This document shows positions 40,301 to 53,374 of a stretch of 64,000 nt of DNA, one piece after another. The stretch's first letter is position 1; every line of letters starts with the position of its first letter. The translations under genes and the position numbers were made by a program. The notes under the pieces were generated by a model, which did not search any database, was not told where the DNA came from, and was given only the letters and a program-made list of their open reading frames with translations. The DNA is from Callorhinchus milii (taxonomy: Eukaryota). The DNA lies in contig NW_024704743.1 of assembly GCF_018977255.1 (NCBI RefSeq), positions 83,950,001 through 84,014,000 of the forward strand, in the 5' to 3' direction.

Positions 40301-42679
40301 AAACATAAACTGTCCCGGGAGTATTAATTCCTTCAAAATAAATAAAAATAATTTGGTCACTCAATCCATGACTGTTCGTGGGACACTGTTGTGTGCAATT
40401 GGCTGCCCTCTTTTGCCTATAAAATATACAGTCAATTCACTTTACAGTATATTCTGTGAAGCGCTTTGAGACGTCTTGAAGATGTGATAAGGTGCTGTAT
40501 CAAATGCAAGGATTATTATTATTCACCTGCTCTCTTCAAAGCACGAGTCACTATCAACTTGTTGTGGATGTCTGAGCGACATTTCTTAAGGTATTGTATT
40601 AACTACTATTGTATTAATATTTCTGATCAAACAGAATTTTGTAAAATTCTTTTAACTGCAGTCTTTATTTGGAAGTTGGTTTTTCACCATTCTTTTTAAG
40701 AATTACTTTGAACCTTTTTCCAAATTAAGATGGTACAGTACTTAAGACATTTTCAAAATCTGCATAATCTTGAATATTAGGACAATAGTCTTTAAGGCTA
40801 TTAAAGATATTGAGATATCTTGAAAAATAATAGAATTTGCTTTTATTTTAGACCATTGTGCTGTGACATAATTCAGACTACCTCTGTCACTTGCATTTAC
40901 ATCTAATTTATGCATTTTGGAAATTAGCTCCACCATTTAACTCCAGGCACTGTCGCTCACAGTCAATGCTTCTGAAATTCTATCATTTTCCCCATTTATC
41001 TCTTAATTTATCTCCTAATTTTGCTCAGCTCTCAAAGAATTAAGGCTGCTTCCATGATAACCCTTGTTGTTATTCTTCACAAATTTTAGGATAAGAATCC
41101 AATGGTCGCCTTCTTCTTTAACTGTATATGAAGAAATTGATAGGAAGAGCGGAAAGAAAAAATTTGAAAAGGACTGAAGGCTCAACTGGAAAGTTACAAA
41201 ATAACCTACATCAGAGTACTGGCATGTCCTGGTTTAAATTTTGCTGTAGGAAATGTTAATTGACGCTGTACAGATTGCTGATCACTTGATGCTCGATCAC
41301 AACATCCATCCATTACCTTACACAACTTTCCATCTGCTGTAAGTGCACCTCAGGAATCTGTTTGCTACACTGTTTCGCTCCTGATTCAAAACATAACTCA
41401 GTGCCTTGACCTTGACCTGCAGATAGGGCCTGAACGCCCTGGCATTCAGTGACACTGTGGTTTTCACATCTCTAACCACAGAATAAGATCTTCCCTGTGG
41501 CTTTCAGACAGGGATTTACTCACTGTCTAATGGTGGTATTCATAGATAAAGTTCTCACTATTTACGTTAAAGTCAATATACCTGTCTAGGCGCTTTGTAA
41601 TTTCAGTTTTTTTAAACCCTAAACTATTCTGTGTTTTACTATTCATAACAGAATATCGAGTGAAACATGCAACATTGAATAACAGAATTGATGTGGTAAT
41701 CACATTGATTTTGCTATGAAACAAAATATTTATTACCCTTAAAACAACAACTTGCATTTATATAGCCTCCCTCATGCAGGATAGCGTCCCAGAGCGCTTA
41801 TGCTTAGTACTGTGGCCCCTGTCTCTCCCCGATACACACAATTCCAAACTTCTAAGCATTGAAGTTAGGATATTCAGTCAATATTGAAATGCTTTCCTAA
41901 ATTTTAATTCATCCTGAATCTTGATATTTGTATAGAGAAGAATAAATCTCAATTTTGGCTCAACTGTAAGCATTCCTACTCCTATTAAACCATTTGGTTG
42001 AGGAAGTTATATTACAAACTTGTATTTGCAAATACCACAGTCAGTTTGCATATCTGTCTTTGTCCTTAGACTTAGCTGAAAAGGAGCACTGGTTATACTT
42101 TATTATTTTGCCCACAAAATATACAGTCAATTCACTTTACAGTATATTCTGTTAAGCACTTTGGGACGTCTTGAAGACATGCTAAGGTGCTATATCAAAT
42201 GCAAGGATTATTATTATATACTTTATTATTTTTGAAAAATATATAATTGTTGTGATAACATAATGAGGTTCATGGTTGATCTTTCACATCACAGTATTTC
42301 TGACCTGAACCAAGAAATTGTGAGGAGGCACCAAATAGAGAGAGGGAAAGGATCAGGAAGGAATATTAGAGGTATTCAAAAGCAGCTCTTGCATATCTCC
42401 AGGCTGTCAATCCGCAATAGCATTGGAGATCTAGGTAGCTCACGTATACTCAGCCATAGTCAATATGTAGCCTGGGGAGGACAGGAAGCAAATTGAGGAA
42501 AGAAAAGAAAGGAGTTCATTACTGCATCAATGCATTCCATTTGATCCCGTACTGTTTCGCCCACAAATATGCGGTAAATTCACTTTACAGTCTATTCTGT
42601 GAAGCGCTTTGAGACGTCGAGAAGACGTGAAAAGCACTATATCAAATGCAAGGATTATTATTATTATACTAATTTAGCA

Positions 42680-43100
42680 GGGTTCTGGGGGGTTAACCAG
42701 GTAGTTGCAACATGCAGAAATGCACCATCTTCCAAACTATACTGAGAGTTCCATATATGTATGCCACCTAATCATGGGAAATTTTCCTGTGTCTGGGATG
42801 CAATGTGCACTCTCGCTCTGGAGGGATGTACTCTGCTTACCTAACTCCAAAGAGTATTAGGTGTAGGTTGGCAAGAGCCAAGGCTCAGGGATCCCAGGTT
42901 GTGTATCAGGGAACTGCTTGAGTCTAACCAGCTAAACCTTGCCATTGAGAACACTGTCTGGCAAGTGTCCCACTGTTTGTCCAGCTAGCAACATCCTACC
43001 CATTAGGGCTTTGATTTGCAGGGTTAACAGGATCTCAGTAGGAAGAATCCTTGCTCCAAGTGAATGGTCTGCCCCTCCAAATGTTGCCGATGAGTCAGCC
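42680..43100 (-). mobile_element. Relic of the old I-group-like LINE family
   Basis: Minus strand LGARILPTEILLTLQ...IPEPWLLPT...VAYIYGTL, in the order thumb / PW motif / RNase H YxDGS. Confidence 0.5.
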
Positions 43101-43589
43101 TGGAAAAAGAATTCTACTCAAAGAATTTACAAATCCCAATTGCTCGTTGTAAATGGTTTCTGCTCACATTCGGACAAGCTATTGGAGTGTATCATGTTTA
43201 TGTCACATTCCTAGCTGTCTGTATGAAGATAATTGGATCCTGAAACCATGTATTAATGTTGAAGACGGTCAATAAGACCAAAGCAGCAGATTCAGAGGCT
43301 CTACTCTAGAACTTGGTGATTTAAATTAATGCTCTCACTTCAATTGATGTTGAGGAACTTAATGTCCGGTTTTAGAACCTTTGAACCGCTGCATTGTGAA
43401 TCGCTAAGAGATGTTTCGTCAAATTAATAAGACACTATACACGATCGCTTTCCTGATATACATCAGCATTATACAGTATGTGTGATGGTTCCCAGCACCT
43501 TCTTTTAACAGTTTTCCATTATGCAGTCATTTTATGCTGCATTTTTCAGATTGTTTCTTCTTCTTTGTTTTATTTTCTTACAGGTTGGA

Positions 43590-46268
43590 CTAGAACAATG
43601 CTGAGGAACCAACCAGGGAACAGGCGATCCTGGATCTTGCTTTGTGTAATGAAATAGGGCTAATCAGCAATCTGGACGTTAAGGCTCCTCTAGGGCAGAG
43701 TGACCATAACATGATGGAATGTAACATTAAGTTAGAGAGTGATATAGTTGAATCCGAAGCAAGGGTCTTAAATTTAAATAAAGCCAACTTTGCAGGTATG
43801 AGAGAAGATTTGGCTAAAATAGACTGGGAAATTAGATTAAAAAATATGATGGAAGACGAGCAATGGCAAATGCTTAAAGATATAATACATAATTCTCAGC
43901 GATCACATATTCCCTTGAAAAATAAAAACACCACAGGAAAAGTGGTTCAACCTTTGCTAACCAAAGAAGTTAGGGAAAGTATAAAATTAAAAGAAGAGGC
44001 CTATAATACTGCCAAAAAGAGCAATAAACCTGAGGATTGGGAGGGCTTTAGAGAACAGCAAAGGAAAACCAAGAAACTGATTAAGAGGGAGAAAATGGAA
44101 TATGAGGGTAAACTAGCTAGGAACATAAAGACAGATTGTAAGAGTTTTACAAGTACATAACGAGGAAGAGACTATCAAAAGTGAATGTGGGTCCATTGCA
44201 GGCAGAGACAGGAGAAATTATAATGGGGAATAAAGAAATGGCAGAGTCATTAAACAAATATTTTGCTTTTGTCTTCATGTTAGAGGACACTGAAAACTTA
44301 CCGAAAATAGAGGGCAACCTGGAGGCTAATGTTAGTGAGGAACTTAAAGAAATGAACATCAGTAAAGCAATAGTACTAGAGAAATTGATAGGATCAGTTA
44401 GTGGATGCGTTGTTTTAGATCTACCAAAATTCCCTGGATTCTGAAATGGTTCCCAGTGATTGGAAGGTCGCAAACGTAATGCTGATATTTAAGAAGGGGG
44501 GGAGAGAAAAAAATGGGGTCCTGTAGTCCAGTTAGTCTGACATCGGTGGTAGGGAAAATTCTAGAGTCCTTAATTAGGGATGTCGTCGTGGGGTACTTAC
44601 AAAATCATAACATGATTAGGCAGAGTCAACATGGCTTTACAAAAGGGAAATCATGTTTAACAAATCTTATAGAGTTTTTTGAGGATGTAACTAATAGGTT
44701 AGATAGGGGAAAACCAGTAGATGTGGTGTATTTCGATTTCCAGAAGGCTTCAACAAGGTGCCACATAAAAGGCTGTTGCATAAGATTAGAGCCCATGGAA
44801 TTAAAGGTAATATATTAGCATGGATTGGAGAGTGGCTAACAGGAAGAAAACAGAGAGTAGGGATAAACGGGTCCTTCTCAGATTGGCAGGATGTGACTAG
44901 TGGAGTGCCACAGGGATCAGTGCTTGGGCCTCAATTATTTACAGTCTATATCAATGATTTAGATGAGGAAATAGAACTTAATATATCTAAATTCGCGGAT
45001 GATACAAAGATAGGTGGGAGAGTAAGCTGTGAGTATGACACACGAAGAATGCAAAGGGAAATAGACAGGCTAGGTGAGTGGGCAAGAAGGTGGCAGATGG
45101 AGTATAACGTGGGGAAGTGTGATGTTATTCACCTAGGTAGTAAAAATAGAAAAGCGGATTATTTTCTAGAGGGGGAGAGACCAGGTAGTGCTAGTGTTCA
45201 GAGAGATTTGGGTGTCCTTGTACACCAGTCACAAAAAGTTAGTATGTAGGTACAGCAAGCAATTAGGAAGGCTAATGCCATGTTGGCGTTTGTTGCAAAA
45301 GGGTTAGAGTACAAGAGTAGGGAAGTCTTGCTGAAGTTGTATAAGGCCTTGGTGAGACTGTACCTAGAATATTGTGTGCAGTTTTGGTCTCCTTATTTAA
45401 GAAAGGACATACTCGCCTTAAAGAGGGTGCCGCGTACATTCACTAGGTTGGTTCCTGGGATGAGGGGGTTGACCTATGAGGATAGGTTGAGTAAACTACA
45501 ACAGCAACAACAAGAACAACAACTTGGATTTATATAGCGCCCTCCATGCCGGACGGCGTCTCAGAGCGCTTTACAATAATGGATCCCGGGACCGAGCCAG
45601 GGGGATGGGGAGGAAGGTGACCAAAGGCAGTTGAAAAGAAAGGTCTTCAGCAGAGACCTGAAAATGGGAAGGGAGGGAGCTAGACGAAGGGAGTAAGGAA
45701 GGCAGTTCCAGAGCCTTGGGGCATAGTGGCTGAAGGCACGGCCGCCGAGGGTGGAGCAGAGGACTCGGGGGACGAGGAGGAGGCCAAACCCGGAGGAATG
45801 AAGGCAACGGGTACTGTTTTTAACGGGAAGTATTTAGCACTTGCCGGTGGAGCAGAACTAGGCCTATATTCTCTAGAATATAGAAGAATTAGAGGTGATC
45901 TTATAGAAACCTATAAGATTCTTAAGGGTCTTGACAGGTTAGATGCCATGAGACTGTTTCCACTGGTTGGAGAATCTAAAAATAGGGGTTATAGTCTCAA
46001 GATTAAGGGTCAGCCTTTTCGAACTGAGTTGAGGAAACATTTCTTCAATCAGAGGGTAGTGAATTTGTGGAATTCTCTACCCCAGAAGGCTGTGGATTTT
46101 CAGACTGAGGTTGATAGATTTCTAAAGGAGAGAGAGATTAAGGGATATGGGCAGGTAAATGGAATTAAGTTAGAAGATCAGCCATGATCTTATTAAATGG
46201 TGGGGCAGGTTCGAGGGGCTGAATGGTCTACTCCTGCTCCTACATCTTATGGTCCTATGGTCTTATGG
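43590..46268 (+). mobile_element. CR1 LINE ORF2 (end of EN, RT, 3' UTR), decayed, with a nested L2
   Basis: [45 protein letters not shown]; (tcttatgg)n tail; 10-bp duplication tggactagaa at 43586-43595 and 46266-46275. Confidence 0.96.
45497..45820 (-). mobile_element. L2 3' fragment (subfamily b) nested in the CR1
   Basis: Reverse complement of about 15610-15928; CR1 reading EDRLSKL|GLYSLE is split around it. Confidence 0.93.
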
Positions 46269-47299
46269 ACTAGAAGGATCAAGTCATGCATTCGGTCCTT
46301 TGTGATCCAGTGGGAAGCCTGAACTGGTAGTCCCTGGTGATGTGGTGGGGAAGTATTTAGCACTTGCCGGTGGAGCAGAACTTTTGCTGTTTAACCCCAG
46401 CAATGCAGAAACAAATACATTTTCAGTGTGCAGCCTGAGCACCATGGCTATGGTGCTGCGCAGTTTTAATTGTTTTCCAAACAACAGGCTCAGAAGCTCA
46501 ACAGGATGGTTTTACACTCTCTTAACACCTAATGCCAACCTACTGTTAGAGCTGGTTTAATGACTTGGGTTGTTGTGTTCTTATGGGATACGTTACTACT
46601 AAGTGGGATCATTAGTATACATACTTGTAATGGTGCTTGCTTAATAGGAATGATCAAGGCAATGTTTTTGCTTGCTGTGGAGAAGGGCCAGAATTGCTCC
46701 CATTAGGTGGCTTTTACTGTTTTAAATAATGGTATCACAAGGTGAAAACAAGTAATTATGTTGGAAATAATATAATACATCTGGGTTTAGTCCTTGAAGC
46801 AAACTACAATTTCCTGAAATGGTTAAATCTAAATTTCATATGGAGTTCTTAAATCCTGCTGCCTGGCATAATGCATTGCATACATCCTGGAATAAAAACC
46901 TAAATGGGGTAGAGGAGCAAAGGGACCTAGGGGTACACATACACAATTCACTAAAAGTAGCAATGCAGGTTAATAAGACCATAAGAAAAGCAAACCAGGC
47001 ATTAGGTTTCATTCCTAGAGGGTTAGAGATGAAATGCAGGGAAGTTATGGTAAACTTCTATAGAACCTCGGTTAGACCACACTTAGAATACTGTGTGCAG
47101 TTCTGGTCCCCACATTATAGAAGGGATGTAGAGGCACTGGAGAGGGTGCAAAGGAGATTCACAAGGATGATCCTAGAACTGAGAGGTTATACCTATCAGG
47201 AAAGGCTGAACATGCTTGGACTCTTCTCTTGAAAAGAGGAGGGTAAGGGGTGACCTGATAGAGGTCTTTAAAATGATGAAAGGTTTTGATAGGGTAGAC

Positions 47300-48500
47300 T
47301 GAGGCCCTCCTGATTGGCTCACGTCAGCGCCTCCACACCTCAGGCGCTGACAGCGTCAGCATCCAAGGCTGCACTCTCCACCTCTCAAAGCCGATCAGGA
47401 ACCTCGGTGTTCTGTTCGACCCTGAGCTGTCCTTTCTCCCTCATATCCGCGCCACAACTGGCACCGCCTTCCATCACCTCCAGAATATCGCCAGACTACG
47501 CCATTACCTCACCCCTCACGCTGCTGAAACTCTGGTCCACGCCTTTATGGTGGAGTCCTGTAGCTCAGTGGTTAGAGCACTCGCTTTGCAAGCGAGAGAC
47601 CTGAGTTCAATCCCAGGCAGGGCGAAACCTTGGGCAAGTTTCCTTACTCCACACGCCTAATAATAATCCCTGCAAAACCAAAAACAATAATAAATTGGTC
47701 ATTTTCAATCTACGACTGTTTGTGGGACATTGCTGTGCGCAATTGGCTGCCGCGTTCGCCCACAAATATACAGTCAGTTCACTTTACAGTGTGTTCTGTG
47801 AAGCGCTTTGGGACGTCCTCCTGACGTGAAAAGCGCTATATCAAATGCAAGGATTATTATTATCATTATTATTATTTATCACCTCAAGGCTGGACTATGT
47901 GAACTCTCACCTCGCCGGCCTTCCCAGCACCTCCCTCCACAAGCTGCAGGTCATTCAGAACTCTGCAGTTCGTGTACTGTCCCGCACCAGGCTTCGCGAC
48001 CACATCACTCCCACCCTCGCTCGCCTCCACTGGCTCCCCATCCCCCAGAGGATCGAATTCAAGATCCTCATCCTCACCTACAAGGCCATTCACGGTCTCG
48101 CTCCCTCCTACCTCTCCAACCTACTATCCCCCTACCTACCTGCCCGTACCCTCCGTTCCTCTGGCTCCGGTCTGCTCCACATCCCCCGCCCCAACCGCCC
48201 TACCATCGGTGGCCAGGCCTTCAGCCTCTCAACCCCCAGGCTCTGGAACTCTATCCCCCAGTGCCTTCGCCTTGCTTCCTCCCTTTCCTCCTTCAAGGCC
48301 GGTCTCAAGACCTTTCTCTTTGACCGTGCCTTCAGCTCCCCTCTCGACTCTCTACCCCCTCCTTGCTCCCTCCCTTCCCTCCCCTCACCCTGACCATTTC
48401 CCCCCTTGCTCGGGTCCTGACCCAACTGTACAGCGCCTTGGGACGTCCTCCCGACGTGAAAGGCACTCAATAAATGGAATCTTGTTGTTGTTGTTGTTGT
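47300..48500 (+). mobile_element. Young L2 3' fragment (subfamily a) nested in the CR1
   Basis: Open [10 protein letters not shown]...[15 protein letters not shown]...WNSIP reading; stem-loop and (gtt)n tail. Confidence 0.95.
47549..47877 (+). mobile_element. Young full-length short-form SINE nested in the L2
   Basis: A-box tagctcagtgg, B-box gagttcaatcc, Deu core, L2-type stem-loop, (att)n tail; splits the L2 at gccttta|tcacc. Confidence 0.96.
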
Positions 48501-51360
48501 AGACATAGGGAAGATGTTTCCACTTGTGGAGGAGACCAAAACCAGTTGCCATCAATATAAAATAGTCACAACTAGATCAAATAGGGAAGTTAGAAGAAAT
48601 TTCTTTACACAGAGAGCAGTGGGAATGTGGGACATGCTACCACGAGGAGTTGTTGAGGCAAATAGCATAGATGTATTTAAGGGAAAGCTGGACAGGTACA
48701 TGGGGGAGAAAGAAATAGGTTATGCTTCAAGGCTTAGTTGAGGAAGGGCAGGAGGAGGTTCATGTGGAGCATAAACACTGGCATAGACCAGTTGGGCCAA
48801 ATGGCCTGTTTCTGGGGCAAAATACAAAACCTAATTTAGAGGTTTATATAGAATGTTATAGCATTGAAATAGAAAAAATCGGGGCTAGTATGTGCCAACG
48901 TTTTATGCACCACTTGAGTCTCCTTCTCTCCTAATCCAATCTCTCATATCTCTCTATTTCCTTCTCCCTCATGTATGCACTTGGAGGAACAACATGAACC
49001 TGCTTAACAAATGATCCACTTAACCTGTAGTAATTATGTGCTTATATTAAAAGACGGATGTTTAAAATTAAAGCAACGGTTTTACATTTTTTGTTATACA
49101 TCACGTGTTAAAATTGAATTCCTTCTCTTTACAAGCAAGCACTTAATCACTAATTGTTAGGGCCATTTGCCAGTACATCATGTATTGCAAACGCTTATAA
49201 TTCAGGAATCTTGTCAGAAGAGTAGAGAGTTTAATAAAAAATGAATGAAGAGTAATGATCCTCTATTAATAAGTAAGAACAGTAGAACTGCTATTTGTTG
49301 TATAAAAGACATTCACTATTAAAGTTATGTCTAAAGAACTTTAAACATTCTGTAGTTTCATTCAACAGAAAGCAATAAATGCAGATATTTGGTATGTTAG
49401 TCTATCTTACATATTTTCTATTTATTATTTTCAATTGGTTTGAGCTTGTATGATAAGCTTTGTTGAAGGTTTATCTGAAAGATAAAAGCATATGTTTTTT
49501 TTTCCTGTTAGATTTGACCCTAACATTCTCAAAGCTCATATTTAGAAGCACCATACTTCCAGATTTGGGGAGAACTTACAATGCAGAGAATGTTTCTTTA
49601 CGAATATAATTTTTTTTACATTATATCTGAACTCGCTGACTGAAACGCTGGTTGAATCAGATAGTATAGATGCATTCAAGATGAAGCTAGACCTTCATAT
49701 GAGGGAGAGGGGATTAGAAGGGTATGGAGGGAGTATTATTACCAGCATGAACTGATTGGGCCGAACGGCCTGTTTCCATGCTGTACATTCTTTGTAAATA
49801 TTTATCTCTCTTTGAGGCAAATTTGCCAGCTGAACATGCCACTACCATCTCACCTCTGCTGTAATACATCCCACAGTAGCTAGTTTGCTTTGACACGTGC
49901 GTGCCCTATGGACTTAGCTGCAGAAGTATTAAGAAAGATATTAAACTCACAATTTGCTTTAATTAATGTGCCACATTGACAATAAGAATACCTTTCATGT
50001 CAGGAGGATGTCTCTAAACTCTTCACAGAATTATTGTGAGGTTCAGTGACTTTGTATTTTGTAGGTGAATGTGGTAGCGAACTAACGCACAGCAGCATTA
50101 CACATCAAGCAACTCAACCTTTCTGTCTGAGCAGAGGCAGGTGCCATCCATCAGTCAGTGCTAGGGGCAGGGGAGCATTATGTGGCAGGAGATGTGCATT
50201 CTCCCAGCCCAGTGGAAGCTCCAATGGATACACGGCAATGTTCATACAGGATGAAAGTACCTCCCAATCTAATATCAAGCAATTCAGCACAGATATTCCT
50301 GATGTATTCAAGTGAAGTATTCAGGTGAGTTCCACACTGTGGAGTGTATTTACCAACTAGACGTTGGAGTAAGTAAAATCTTAGCCTTGAGCATGTGCAA
50401 AATAAATCTCATCTTGTATACTTATTTCATTTGAAAATACAGCTGGTGGAAATTAAATTTATAGGTTTATCCTCCACTGAAGTTGGAACCATTGCACTCA
50501 GGAGCGATGAGCAAGGATACATTTGTCTCCGTGGAGATTAAATAAATCTCCAGTAATTATGACTGGCAAACAGGTTAGCCTGGGTTTGGCTATAAATGTT
50601 TGAAACATGAAATTCAGAAGGAGCAAGAGTGAAGGAAATGCAACAAACTTCCATCAAATCTCAATCTAAACATACTCGGTTGAAAAGACACTCTGCAGAA
50701 TACCTTGAGAAGCACATTAGGGTGACAAATTTTAAAGAGCTGCACAGCTCTTTAAAATCTGGTAGAAATATTCCAACCAGTTTATGAAGACTCTTCCTTC
50801 GAGCATGTATGAGTTTATTGGAATGTTTATAACTGGTAATGCGGCCTGGAGCTACAGACGTAGAGCGCATTTAATGGATGTATTAGAAGACATAAAGAAA
50901 AATATGCATCCTTAGGCTGAACTCTACATACAATACATAATAGAAGAGGGAAACTGAGAATGTGTCACATAAATGGAGAAAGGGAATGTATATGATGCTA
51001 ATTATAATTATGTTTACAACAAACTTTTTTTGTTACAGCAAATTTCTGAATTCTGAAACAAAAGGGAACGAGCACAGTTGCTCAGGAATGTTTAGGTTCA
51101 AGAAATGCCAGATGGTCATTTTCTCCATGAATATTTGCTTTAAGGCAAATGGGAGAGCTTCGTATTTCCAGTTCTGTATCGTGTAAATTGACCCGCGAGA
51201 ATGATATTCAGAGTCACTTGTGGTGCTCCCCTTTGAATGAAGAAAGATCCTGTGCCCAAGACCCTGTCTCTTGTCTTGAGAAATGCATCAGTTGGTAGTG
51301 GACACAAATATTCAAATAGAATTTTGTGGTTGCCAAAAAATTATATATGGGCTGGCAGAT

Positions 51361-52016
51361 AATAATAATAATAATAATATAATAATAATCCTTGCATTTG
51401 ATATAGCACTTTCCACATCTTCTAGAAGTCTCGAAGCACTTCATAGAATATATTGTAAAGTGAATTAACCGTATATTTGACGGAGTCCTGTAGCTCAGTG
51501 GTTAGAGCACTCGCTTTGCAAGCGAGAGACCTGAGTTCAATTCCAGGCAGGGCGAAACCTTGGGCAAGTTTCCTTACTCCACACGCCTAATAATAATCCC
51601 TCCAAAACCAAAAAACAATAATAAATTGGTCATTTTCAATCCATGACTGTTTGTGGGACATTGCTGTGCGCAATTGGCTGCCGCGTTTCGCCCACAAATA
51701 GACAGTCAATTCACTTTACAGTATATTCTGTGAAGCGCTTTGGGACGTCCTCCCGACTTGAAAAGCGCTATATCAAATGCAAGGATTATTATTATATTTG
51801 TGGGCGAAACGCAGCAGCCAATTGCGCACAGCAGTATCCCACAAACAGTCGTGGATTGAAAATGACCAATTTATTATTGTTTTTTGTTTTGGAGGGATTA
51901 TTATTAGGCTCTGTGTGGAATAAGGAAACTTGCCCAAGGTTTCGCCCTGCCTGGAATTGAACCCAGGTGTCTCACTTGCAAGGCGAGTGCTCTAACCACT
52001 GAGCTACAGGACTCCA
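51361..52016 (-). mobile_element. SINE (minus) split by a second SINE
   Basis: Tail half 51361-51479 and head half 51796-52016 rejoin; tatatttg at both junctions. Confidence 0.92.
51482..51795 (+). mobile_element. Young full-length short-form SINE
   Basis: Near-identical to 47549-47877. Confidence 0.96.
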
Positions 52017-53374
52017 ATAATAATATAATAACAATTATGATAAATAATCATCCTCACATTTGATATTGTGCTTTCACTTCAGTAGAATGCTTCACAGGAT
52101 TTAAACTATAGTGGGTACAAATTTTGCCTGCAAAAGAGATAAAATACTTTCTCACTTGGATGTGAAGTATCAGAACTAAACACATCAGATTATATACCGC
52201 ATGGTTAGATGATAAGTAGCTGCCTTAGGCCTGAAATTTCACCTGGTCTTAACCTATAAGACCGTTTTGTCCTAAAACTTACGATTGTGCAAATACTTGA
52301 GCCATTCTTTTACATGAAAGGAATTTTTAAACTGGAAATAGTTATTGTTGTTGACTAAAAATCACTGTATTCTGCCAAAAAAAAGGTGTGATAGCCCTAA
52401 TCTCAGACGAGCACTCTCCTCTATTGCACCTGTATGACATTTTATACTTCTCATGCCAGCCAACTCTCCTCTCAGAGAAACGCCAATGAGATCACTACAT
52501 TTATGCCATTGAGGCCACATTAAATGCATTTCTGAGCTGAGAATTTATACCCATTAGGAAGAGAAACTACCAAATGTACTCCACATAAAATGTTCACAAT
52601 GTACATACAGTGGAGATATTCATCCATCAGTCTGCCTAGATTCAAAGCCATGGCTCAGAGATAAAAAGCCAATGTCTCCCTCACACCAATTTGGTCAATT
52701 GCACTCAAAGCACATTTTATTTGGCATTCTGTTTTAGTGCTATCTTTCATGCACTCCAGAGTGAAATCAAAAATGCATGCTCATTCGGTATAAATATGGC
52801 TTACCGTGTTCCAGTCACTTGGCCTGTCAGTACATGAGTTTCTTCTGGAGAAGCTGCAATGGAGATATCATGCAAATAACTGATTGGTCTCATTAGGATT
52901 CCACTGTAGCATTCCATCTTGTCTGCCATGGAAGACAGATGCATCTCCCTTCAACTAAAGCATTGTTGAAAGTGAGAAAATGCACACAACATCCATAGAT
53001 ATTAGATGAAGTCATCTCTTTCCCCAGATCAATGAATCTATCAGCACCAGGGGAGACAATGGCCAATCCTCCACCACATGGTTGCCAGCAACCAGAAATT
53101 CGAGCAGAACAGATGCACTGGGCCAGATGGACTCATCCTGTACTTTGTTCGTACTGGTGAGGTCCACCACTAGGCTGTCAAAGGAACAGAGCCTTTATTT
53201 AAGGCTACAGTAATCAGATGCTCTGCAATAAGATCTCAGTAGTTGAATGGTTTCTGTTCAAAGTGCTTCTGTGAGATATAGAAAAGAACGGTACCATCAT
53301 AACACAGCACTTTCCTTCTATACGCATCAATTCAGCTGCATTCGACCATCAATTCAAGATAGTTGTAAAGGAGC

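Larger units (their letters stand above)
46880..48812 (+). mobile_element. CR1 3' fragment interrupted by L2 and SINE
   Basis: EQRDLGVHIH...LEYCVQFWSPHY...; resumes at 48499 with MFPLV...NFFTQR; gtagac duplicated at 47294-47299 and 48499-48504. Confidence 0.92.

Noticed and set aside
43259..43284. Second hammerhead-like motif ttgaaga-cggtc-aataa-gacc-aaagc
   Set aside because: Both core boxes deviate from consensus and no clear Penelope context was recognised.
47551..47625. tRNA gene (Ala-TGC-like)
   Set aside because: It is the head of a multi-copy SINE and lacks a proper acceptor stem.
50200..50330. Possible exon ending at cag|gtgagt
   Set aside because: The donor is good, but the acceptor is weak and there is no recognisable protein similarity.
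52800..53200. Possible RT relic (DSTVAFHLVCHG-like)
   Set aside because: Too degenerate to assign by eye.
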